From: Methanomassiliicoccales archaeon PtaU1.Bin124
GTDB taxonomy: Archaea; Thermoplasmatota; Thermoplasmata; Methanomassiliicoccales; UBA472
Reading direction: 5' to 3'
Assembly (NCBI GenBank): GCA_002067865.1
Contig: MVRC01000012.1
Span: 93,395 to 157,394 of the forward strand
DNA: 64,000 nt
Part shown: positions 38,623-46,241 of the stretch, piece after piece
How the letters are laid out: the number at the start of each line of letters is the position of its first letter
How positions within the stretch are numbered: the first letter of the stretch is position 1
Translations under genes and position numbers: made by a program
Notes under the pieces: model-generated
Told to the model about the DNA's origin: nothing
Seen by the model: the letters and a program-made list of their open reading frames with translations, nothing else
Database searches by the model: none

Positions 38623-39252
38623 CTACCTGTCGCGGAAATATTCTTTTACGACGTTCCTCTGGCCCCGCTTGATCGTCTCGTCCACTGTGGCGATGTTCAT
38701 ATTGCACAGCTTGGCCAGTTCCTTCAGTTTTATCCTACGGGGATAATCGAAGAAGCCCCGTTCCAAGGCGATGCGGAGGACCTCCTCCTGTTTGGCTGTG
38801 ACGAGGTTCTGGCTGGTGATCTGGGCCATCTTCCTGATCTCCACCTCGACGCCCTTGGTGCTGAGCGACTTGATCAATCTGGGCAGCGAGCCCTCGTTGC
38901 CCGACAGGATCTTCAGGTTGAACTCCCCGTCCCCCTCGGACCAGGCCCGCTCCAGGAAGCAGCCGCAATCCACGATCTTCCAGATCCAGAGGCATTCCCT
39001 CATGGCCACGGACGCTTTGACCTGGTTCTCCTCCGCGCTCAGCCGCTCCACGCTGATGACGTCCGGGCTCTGCGAAATGGCGGCGAGGACGCTATCGACA
39101 CTGGCCATTCCCTCCTCGATGGAGAACATGGCCTGGCCTCCCCTCTTCTTCCATGGGATGCACTCCGCTATGGTGAGCGTGGTGGAGAATCGTTGTGAGA
39201 CATCGACCAACCAGAATTTGATGCCCCTCATGCTGAACTCGGCTTCCATCAT
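38623..39252 (-). CDS. HTH_10 (bacterio-opsin activator-type) transcriptional regulator
   Basis: 209 aa. The C-terminal TAKQEEVLRIALERGFFDYPRRIKLKELAKLCNMNIATVDETIKRG is the HTH_10 motif. The N-terminal putative sensor part is unassigned. Confidence 0.7.
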   Translation of the reverse strand: MMEAEFSMRGIKFWLVDVSQRFSTTLTIAECIPWKKRGGQAMFSIEEGMASVDSVLAAISQSPDVISVERLSAEENQVKASVAMRECLWIWKIVDCGCFLERAWSEGDGEFNLKILSGNEGSLPRLIKSLSTKGVEVEIRKMAQITSQNLVTAKQEEVLRIALERGFFDYPRRIKLKELAKLCNMNIATVDETIKRGQRNVVKEYFRDR

Positions 39253-39563
39253 GGAGCTGCTGCGGTATTAACATCCATATAGAATATTTTTCCGAGCCAT
39301 GTCCGAAATAGGACGCATTTTTCTGGGATTATCATAAAACCCGGACATCTCCGTAGATGGCGCTGAACTTGGTGGCGTGATGCTGTCTGGCCTTACCGTA
39401 ATATACCCCCGTTCCCCGTTCGGAGAGGCCCTACTCGAGGATGGCGTTACGGCCGGGGGAGAAGGCCGAAGTTGTCTCATATATTGGCATCATCTCATAT
39501 GCCATCAGCCGGGGCCAATACCTTAATATCCGACGTTTTGGAAATGTACAGGAGGAGAATCAA

Positions 39564-41594
39564 ATGGAAAAGAATGCAAAGGGATCGGCTAACCTAGGCC
39601 TAGGCATAGACACTGGCGGCACCTATACCGACGCCGCGATCATGAGCATGGACGACGGCACCGTGCTGTGCAAGGCCAAATCATTGACGACCCGCAACGA
39701 TCTCTCCCTGGGCATAAAGGGTGCGATCGAGAAACTGGACCATTCCATGTTCAAGAGCATTCACCTGGTCGCCATCTCCTCTACGCTGGCGACGAACTCG
39801 GTGGTCGAAGGGAAGGGCTGCAGGGTCGGCCTCATACTCGTAGGCAACGATGTCGCCGCCAACATACCGGTGGACGAGATGGTCCGCATCAAGGGCGGGC
39901 ACAACCTGCAGGGCGAGGCCAAGGAAGAGCTCGATCTGGACGCGGCCAAGCTGTTCATTCTCCACACCCAGGACAAGGTCGACGGTTATGCCATCTCCTC
40001 CTATCTCAGCGTCAGGAACCCGGAGCACGAGATCGCCCTCAAGGCCATGGTGAAGAGCATCACCGACAAGCCGGTCGTGTGCGGTCATGAGCTCTCCACC
40101 GCGCTCGGGTTCAACGAGAGGACCGTCACCGCGATATTGAACGCCCGCCTCATCCCCATCATTTCGGACCTCATCGCCTCCTTGAAGAAGGTCCAGGAGG
40201 AGCTGAAGATCAGGGCGCCGCTCATGATCGTGAAGGGCGACGGCTCTCTTATGGACGAATCGATCGCGAGGGAGAGGCCGGTCGAGACCATCCTGTCCGG
40301 CCCGGCAGCCTCCATCATCGGCGCAAAGGCGCTGACCAAGCTGCAGGATGCGGTCATCATCGATGTGGGAGGAACGACCACCGACATCGGAATCCTGAGG
40401 GGAGGACGTCCCCGCCTGGACCCCGAAGGGGCGATCCTGGGAGGTTGGAGGACGAGGGTGAAGGCGGTCGATGCGTTCACCTCCGGCATCGGCGGGGATT
40501 CGAGGGTCGTGGTGGCCAGGAACAAGATCCACCTCACCCCGCTGCGCGTCATCCCGTTGTGCATCGCCTCATCCACCTACCCCACTCTGAGGCCTCGCTT
40601 GGAGGCACTGAAGGGTATCACCCGCTGGGTGCCGTCGTCCATGGACGTGGAGTCGACCCCGCAGATCCACGAGTACTACATCTTCAGCAGGTATGTTGGA
40701 GGCCCGGAGGTAGGGCCGGAGCAGGGAAAGGTGCTGGAGATTCTGAAGGGCGAGCCGCTTTCCATCTACGAGATAGCAGAGAAACTGTCCACCCATCCGC
40801 TGTCGCTCAACCTCCGCAAGATGGAGGAGCTGGGCATGATCCAGCGCATCGGGCTGACTCCGACCGATATCCTCCACGCCGAGGGCTCGTACGTCGAGTA
40901 TGACGCCGAAGCGTCCAAGCTGGCGGTGGAGATACAATCGGCCGCGCTGGAGATCCCGCCGAGCGAGTTCATCCATCAGGTGAAGACCATGGTGATCGAG
41001 AAGATCGCCACCGAGGTGTTCAAGAAGCTGGTGTTCGAAGAGGTGGGCGAGCAGCGCCTGGAGGTCGTGGCCAACTCGCTCATCAACAACATGATACGAA
41101 GCACCGGAAGAAGGGACTTCGCCTGCAAGCTGGAAGTGAACAAGCCCCTCATCGGCATCGGCGCACCGGTCGGCGCATACCTGCCGGGCGTGGCCGAGAG
41201 GTTCCACACCACCCTGGTGCTGCCGGAGCACTCCGAGGTCGGCAACGCCGCCGGGGCCGTCTCAGGCAACGTCATGGAGACGGTGGAGATGCTGATAAAG
41301 CCTAAGAAGGGGATGGGATCGTTAGAGAACCCGCCCTGCATCCTCTACTGGGCCCAGGAGAAGAAGGAGTTCGAGGAGCTGACCGAGGCCCTGGCCTACG
41401 CTAAGCTGCACGGTTCCGACGCGGTCATCGCAAAGGCCAAGGCGTCCGGCGCGGATACCGTGGAGGTATTGGTCGACAACCACCGCAACGAGACCAAGCT
41501 GGACAAGGGCTGGGGTGGCAACATCTTGCTGGAACTGAAGCTGACGGTCACGGGCATTGGCAAGCCTAAGCTGTTCTATGAGGGAAAGAGATGA
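39564..41594 (+). CDS. Hydantoinase/oxoprolinase-A-family ASKHA ATPase-like protein, long form (paralog 2)
   Basis: GLGIDTGGTYTDAA, ISSTLATNS, ILSGPAASIIG, IDVGGTTTDIG and GIGGDS. I place the start at ATG 39564 (MEKNAKGS), preceded by AGGAGGAG. The track start at 39441 adds an unlikely 41-aa leader. Confidence 0.8.
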   Translation: MEKNAKGSANLGLGIDTGGTYTDAAIMSMDDGTVLCKAKSLTTRNDLSLGIKGAIEKLDHSMFKSIHLVAISSTLATNSVVEGKGCRVGLILVGNDVAANIPVDEMVRIKGGHNLQGEAKEELDLDAAKLFILHTQDKVDGYAISSYLSVRNPEHEIALKAMVKSITDKPVVCGHELSTALGFNERTVTAILNARLIPIISDLIASLKKVQEELKIRAPLMIVKGDGSLMDESIARERPVETILSGPAASIIGAKALTKLQDAVIIDVGGTTTDIGILRGGRPRLDPEGAILGGWRTRVKAVDAFTSGIGGDSRVVVARNKIHLTPLRVIPLCIASSTYPTLRPRLEALKGITRWVPSSMDVESTPQIHEYYIFSRYVGGPEVGPEQGKVLEILKGEPLSIYEIAEKLSTHPLSLNLRKMEELGMIQRIGLTPTDILHAEGSYVEYDAEASKLAVEIQSAALEIPPSEFIHQVKTMVIEKIATEVFKKLVFEEVGEQRLEVVANSLINNMIRSTGRRDFACKLEVNKPLIGIGAPVGAYLPGVAERFHTTLVLPEHSEVGNAAGAVSGNVMETVEMLIKPKKGMGSLENPPCILYWAQEKKEFEELTEALAYAKLHGSDAVIAKAKASGADTVEVLVDNHRNETKLDKGWGGNILLELKLTVTGIGKPKLFYEGKR

Positions 41595-41929
41595 GTCGGG
41601 TCGACATCATCATGTGCGCCGGCTTCTCCCCTTCCGCCCGTATGGTGCGCAAGGCGTTGCGCCGCGTGGCCGAGAAGAGGGATATCCGCGTCCTTTCCCC
41701 TTGCGGGGCCGGCTCCGGCCTGGCCAAGTACCAGGAGGAGCTGAGGACCATCGATCCGGCCAAGGCGCTGGTGGTGGAGGGATGTGACGGCTGCTGCGCC
41801 ATGCAGGGCCTGATGATGCAAGGGATCGGCGCTCCGAAGCTCTTGATCATGGACAAGATCATCCTGGTGGACGAGAAGGCGATCGCCGCGGCGGAGCAGA
41901 AGATCCTCCAGGCCCTGGAGGGATTGTGA
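41591..41929 (+). CDS. DGC-domain-like Cys-rich (putative metal-binding) protein
   Basis: 112 aa with IIMCAGFS, SPCGAGSG and VVEGCDGCCA, the pattern I recall for the Pfam DGC domain. An ATGA overlap couples it to the upstream gene. Confidence 0.6.
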   Translation: MSRVDIIMCAGFSPSARMVRKALRRVAEKRDIRVLSPCGAGSGLAKYQEELRTIDPAKALVVEGCDGCCAMQGLMMQGIGAPKLLIMDKIILVDEKAIAAAEQKILQALEGL

Positions 41930-42315
41930 TGAGGGTCTCTGTGATCGTATGCGGGGCCAACGGCGAAAGGTCGGTCATCATCGAGAAGGCGGTGGAGGAG
42001 TTCGCCAAGGGCTACTTCGACAAGATCATCCAGTTCAGCGCGTGCACGGTGATCGGTTCGCCGATGATCGTGGAGATGAGCGGCGGGAAGGCCGACCGCA
42101 CCGTGGCAGTAAATGGTTGCCGCAACAAATGCGCCGACCGCATACTGAAGAACGCCAACATCGAGCCTAAGATCAGCTTGGTCCTGGACGACATCGTTCC
42201 GAGGAAACTGCAGAACTGCGAGGGGTGCACCAAGTTCGTATTCCCGGACATCACCGAAGAAGAATGCCATGCCCTCGCTCAGAGGATGGGACAGGCGGTC
42301 GATCAGCTGAAGTGA
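41926..42315 (+). CDS. DGC-domain-like Cys-rich protein (second copy)
   Basis: 129 aa with VIVCGANG, FSACTVIG and AVNGCRNKCA, plus an extra C-terminal CEGC. A 4-nt overlap couples it to the previous gene. Confidence 0.55.
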   Translation: MMRVSVIVCGANGERSVIIEKAVEEFAKGYFDKIIQFSACTVIGSPMIVEMSGGKADRTVAVNGCRNKCADRILKNANIEPKISLVLDDIVPRKLQNCEGCTKFVFPDITEEECHALAQRMGQAVDQLK

Positions 42316-42363
42316 AAACCATGTAACATATTTTCATTAATATAAATTAAAATAGATAAAATG

Positions 42364-42382
42364 GGATGGGTTCTGCCCATCC
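42364..42382 (-). terminator. Hairpin flanked by A/T runs downstream of sufB
   Basis: GGATGGG-ttctg-CCCATCC lies 11 nt after the sufB stop. On the minus strand it is followed by TTTTATCTATTTTAATTT. Confidence 0.5.
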
Positions 42383-42392
42383 AAAAATCGTT

Positions 42393-43613
42393 TTACATCT
42401 TGGCCAGGTTGATCTGTTCCATGGTCTCATCGATCTCCGCCTTGAGCTGTGGCGGCAGACCGCGGATACCGACGTCCAGGAATCCCCTGACGATGATGCC
42501 GACCGCTTCGTCCTCGGTGAGGCCGCGGGACATGAGGTATTCCACCTGGTCCTGGGCGATCTTGCCGACCGCCGCCTCGTGGGTCATCTCCACATCGGCC
42601 ACGCGGGCCTCCAGCTCCGGGATGGCCAGCTGCACTCCCTTCTCGTTGAGGATGAGGCCCTTGCATTCCAGATGACCCTTGACGTTCGACGCGGCCCCGA
42701 CCATCCTGCCCCTGGCGATCATGACGCCGCCGGTGGTGATGGTGCGGGAGACGATCTCGGCCTTACAGTTCGGAGCGTTCAGCATGACCCTCGAGCCCAT
42801 GTCCATCTCGCTGCCCGGGTGGGCCACGGCCACGGTGTTGAACGAGCAGACCCCGTTCGCTCCATCCATGAACGCGGTCGGGTAGGTCTGGATGGTCTTC
42901 ACCGGCTTCATCGAGACGTAGTTGTTGATGAACGTGGCGCCCTCTTCCATCTTGACCACGGTGCGCGGCCTGACGCCGATGTTCTCGGCCCAGTTGTGGA
43001 TCATGGTGAACGTGAGCTTGGCGTTCTTCTTGATGTAGAACTCGCTGATGCCCAGGTGCAGCGCCTTGTCCACGTGCTTGCTGGTGCTGCATCCCGTGAC
43101 CACCTCCATCTCGGCGCCCTCGTCGACGATGATGATGTTATGCACGGTCTGGGCGGTCTCCTTCGACTTCAGCATCAGGCAGGTCTGCACAGGGTTGACG
43201 ATCTTCTGTCCTGGGAGGGCATGGATGAAGTAGCCGTCCGCATCCTCCAGGAACGTCCTCGAGGTGTACTTGTCCGCGTCCGGGGCCACCGCATTCCAGG
43301 AATACGGCTTCAGCCAGTCGTGCACCTTCAGGGCGCCCTGCAGGTTCATGACCTCCACGCCCGAGGCCATCTGCCTCTGGTGCACCACGGAGTTGTCCAT
43401 CAAAAGGAAGCTTCCGGCCCTTCCCTCCTCGGACGGGATGACGCCGACGTTCAGCAGCGTCTTGCGGTCCTCCTCGGACAGGTTCTCCAGGTTCTTCTCC
43501 TCGGCGATGTCCTTCCTGCCCTGGCCGAACTTCTGCAGTTCGATGTCCTCGCCGAACGTGGCCTTCTTCTCCTTGGCCGCCTCGGCCTTCCTCTTCTGGT
43601 CGTTGTTGGACAT
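42393..43613 (-). CDS. sufB: Fe-S cluster assembly protein, SufB/SufD family
   Basis: 406 aa with the C-terminal block EMTHEAAVGKIAQDQVEYLMSRGLTEDEAVGIIVRGF characteristic of SufB/D. Confidence 0.85.
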   Translation of the reverse strand: MSNNDQKRKAEAAKEKKATFGEDIELQKFGQGRKDIAEEKNLENLSEEDRKTLLNVGVIPSEEGRAGSFLLMDNSVVHQRQMASGVEVMNLQGALKVHDWLKPYSWNAVAPDADKYTSRTFLEDADGYFIHALPGQKIVNPVQTCLMLKSKETAQTVHNIIIVDEGAEMEVVTGCSTSKHVDKALHLGISEFYIKKNAKLTFTMIHNWAENIGVRPRTVVKMEEGATFINNYVSMKPVKTIQTYPTAFMDGANGVCSFNTVAVAHPGSEMDMGSRVMLNAPNCKAEIVSRTITTGGVMIARGRMVGAASNVKGHLECKGLILNEKGVQLAIPELEARVADVEMTHEAAVGKIAQDQVEYLMSRGLTEDEAVGIIVRGFLDVGIRGLPPQLKAEIDETMEQINLAKM

Positions 43614-43615
43614 CT

Positions 43616-44425
43616 TCAGGCCTCCTCGATCTTAAGTGGCTGTGGGCTTCTTCTGCGGATGTTGCAGCTGATGCATTCATCATACCCCTTGGTCCTGATC
43701 TCATGCAGCAGCTCCCTCGGGTTGCCTGAGCATGCCACGGTGCCCTTGCACATCACGTAGCCGCGGTCGGCGTTCACGTAATCTAGGATCTGACCGGTGT
43801 GGGTGATGACCAGTGATGCCTTGCCGGAGCGGTCCATCTTGCCGGCGCAGGAGGTGCCTACCAGGAGGTCGTGCACCTTCGTTCCCACCTTGTCGATGGA
43901 GACGATGTCGACGCCCGATTCCGGCTCGTCCAGCATGACGAAGCAGGGGTTCTGGGCGGTGAGCTGCAATAGCTCGGAGCGCTTGATCTCCCCGCCGCTG
44001 AAGCCGACGTTGACGTCCCTGGTGAGGAAATTCGTCAGGTCCAGCTCCTTGGCCAGGGCATCTGGTTTGACCCTTCCCTTGGTCATGGTCTTGACCAATG
44101 TGCCGAGCTGAACGCCCACCAGGTTGGGCGGGCGCTGCATCATGAGACCGATGCCCATCTGCGCCCTCTCGGCGACGTTCTTGTGAGTGATGTCCTCCCC
44201 TTGGAACATGATACGGCCCTTGGTGACCTTGTATCCGCCGAATCCCATGATGGTCATCAGCAAGGTGGACTTGCCCGAGCCATTGGGACCGAACAGCACG
44301 TTGGTGTAACCGGACATGACAGACAGGTTGACGTCATGCAGTACTTCCCTTCCTCCGACCTCGACAGAGAGGTTCTCTATCTCCAGTATGTTCTCACCCT
44401 TGCCTTGAATTCCAACCCAACCCAT
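43616..44425 (-). CDS. sufC: Fe-S cluster assembly ATPase SufC
   Basis: 269 aa with Walker A GPNGSGKSTL, the ABC signature FSGGEIKRSE and Walker B FVMLDEPESG. Confidence 0.9.
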   Translation of the reverse strand: MGWVGIQGKGENILEIENLSVEVGGREVLHDVNLSVMSGYTNVLFGPNGSGKSTLLMTIMGFGGYKVTKGRIMFQGEDITHKNVAERAQMGIGLMMQRPPNLVGVQLGTLVKTMTKGRVKPDALAKELDLTNFLTRDVNVGFSGGEIKRSELLQLTAQNPCFVMLDEPESGVDIVSIDKVGTKVHDLLVGTSCAGKMDRSGKASLVITHTGQILDYVNADRGYVMCKGTVACSGNPRELLHEIRTKGYDECISCNIRRRSPQPLKIEEA

Positions 44426-44502
44426 TTAATTCTATCGTTAACTCGGCGGCTGGCCTAGATAAGTAAAATATCGCTGGTGGTGATTCATCCATCGGTCAGG
44501 AT

Positions 44503-45774
44503 ATGAGGGAGTTCGACACCGTCGTCATTGGAGGAGGGCCTGCTGGCATCACGGTCGCCACGGACCTGGCGGCAGCTGGGAAGAAGGTCTTGTTGGCGGA
44601 GCGAAGGCCTTTCCTGGGCGGCAAGCTCTCTTCATTAGGCGTCGTCTTCCCGACCATGAAGGAGGGCCGTGCCACTGCTCTGGAGATGATCCAGGGATTG
44701 CTGGGCCATGTTGACTCAGGGGTGGTCTCGGTCTCTCTGCAAACGACCCTCGAAGGAATTCGATCGATCGAAGGGGGAGTTCTGGTCGATCTTCATCTTC
44801 AAGCCCGCCATGTGAACGAGCGCTGCTCGAAGTGCGGGGAATGCGCCGATGTCTGTCCTGTGACAAGCAAGGACCGATGGGACGAGGGAATGTCCGAGAC
44901 TACCGCCATCCGAGTAATGCACCGCAGCTGGCCGACCCGTTCCATAATCGATTCTGAAGATTGCACCAAATGCGGCAAATGCCTGGACGCTTGCGTCCGC
45001 GATGCCATCGATCTCAACGAAGCTGACAAGGAAGAAACGGTCCAGGCGAAGACCGTGGTCATCGCCAGCGGACTGGATGTTGTCGATCTTAAGATTCTCC
45101 CTGAGTTCGGGATCGGGCTGAGCAACGATATAATCACAACGGTACAGCTCGAGAGGCTCATGGCCGCTGGCGGTCCTACTCAGGGTAGGTTGATGAGGCC
45201 CAGCGATTCCTCGGTTCCAAAATCGGTCGTGTTCGCTCAATGCGTCGGTTCGAGGGTGGAGAAGCGCGGTGTGCGTTATTGCTGCAGCGTCGGCTGCCTG
45301 AACGCCGTCAAGAACGCCACCCTGATCATGGAGCGCAACCCTGGCACCCAGGCATATGTGTGCTACATCGACATGAGGATGCACGGCCGCGGTTACGAGG
45401 AAGCTTACAAGGATGCCAGGACGAAGGGCGTGAGGTTCATTCGGGGTCAGCCGTCGATCGTCAAAAAGGAAGGAGGCGGTCTACTGGTCTGCGGAGAGAA
45501 CACTCTGCTGAAGGAGCTTTATGAGATCCCGGCAGGTCTGGTCGTCCTCTGCCCCGGTCTGGAGATACCTGCTGGTCTGAGAGAGACGTTAGGAAAGGCT
45601 GGCGCCCAGATAGACGATGATGGTCTGGTCCATATCACGGATGACATCATGGCGTCTGAGGCAACCACCAACGACCGGATCTTCCTGGCAGGGATGGTCG
45701 AATCGCCCAAGGACCTGAAGGAAGCGATATTGCATGCCCAAGCCTGTGCCAAGAGCGTTCTGGAAAGGCTCTGA
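44503..45774 (+). CDS. Stand-alone HdrA-like FAD (thioredoxin-reductase-like) core with inserted 2x[4Fe-4S] ferredoxin domain
   Basis: 423 aa with VVIGGGPAGITVATDLA (FAD), CSKCGECADVCP and CTKCGKCLDAC (inserted ferredoxin), and CVGSR...YCCSVGC and FLAG, as in the HdrA core. It lacks the HdrA N- and C-terminal domains. Confidence 0.75.
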   Translation: MREFDTVVIGGGPAGITVATDLAAAGKKVLLAERRPFLGGKLSSLGVVFPTMKEGRATALEMIQGLLGHVDSGVVSVSLQTTLEGIRSIEGGVLVDLHLQARHVNERCSKCGECADVCPVTSKDRWDEGMSETTAIRVMHRSWPTRSIIDSEDCTKCGKCLDACVRDAIDLNEADKEETVQAKTVVIASGLDVVDLKILPEFGIGLSNDIITTVQLERLMAAGGPTQGRLMRPSDSSVPKSVVFAQCVGSRVEKRGVRYCCSVGCLNAVKNATLIMERNPGTQAYVCYIDMRMHGRGYEEAYKDARTKGVRFIRGQPSIVKKEGGGLLVCGENTLLKELYEIPAGLVVLCPGLEIPAGLRETLGKAGAQIDDDGLVHITDDIMASEATTNDRIFLAGMVESPKDLKEAILHAQACAKSVLERL

Positions 45775-45776
45775 GC

Positions 45777-46202
45777 TCATTTCTTTTCAGGCGCGGCGTC
45801 CAGCACGGTCAGCTCGTTTCCGTACGGGTCGAGGAAGATGGCGATGAGCCCCCACGGTCTCCTTTCTGGTTTCACGACGAACTCCACTTCCTCATCGACC
45901 AGGCGGCGGTGCACTTCGAAAAGGCTGTCCGTGGCGAAGACGATGCCAGTGTCTCCTCCCGGCTGTCTTTTATCATCCTTTTCCGGAACATAGAGGATGA
46001 TGCTTCCATCATCCTTTCCCCACCCTATCTCGACCCAGCCGTGCGGTGTATCATCAATGAGAACTTCGAGCTCGAGCACATCTCGGTAGAACTCGACCGC
46101 GATGCTCAGGTCCTTCACCGGTACCCTTGCCTTCCATAAGCGGGTGAGGCGTCCCCGGCCCATATCATAGAACTCACCACCCATTGGGTCTCCGATAGGC
46201 AT
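45777..46202 (-). CDS. VOC / glyoxalase-family protein
   Basis: 141 aa. VKDLSIAVEFYRDVLELEV...GIVFATDSLFEVHRRL...PWGLIAIFLDPYGNEL fits the glyoxalase/bleomycin-resistance fold pattern. Confidence 0.7.
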   Translation of the reverse strand: MPIGDPMGGEFYDMGRGRLTRLWKARVPVKDLSIAVEFYRDVLELEVLIDDTPHGWVEIGWGKDDGSIILYVPEKDDKRQPGGDTGIVFATDSLFEVHRRLVDEEVEFVVKPERRPWGLIAIFLDPYGNELTVLDAAPEKK

Positions 46203-46241
46203 GGTCTACACCATCTAAAGCCACGGTATTAAATATGCCCG

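Noticed and set aside
42366-43760. 464-aa ORF on the plus strand, and similarly 36517..37800 (+), 4277..5419 (-), 5934..7109 (-), 53861..54721 (+), 10325..10777 (-)
   Set aside because: All lie antisense or out of frame to genes with clear family signatures (sufB, the hydantoinase-like gene, thrB/thrC, trpB, lonB). Their translations are Arg/Gly/His-rich without motifs.
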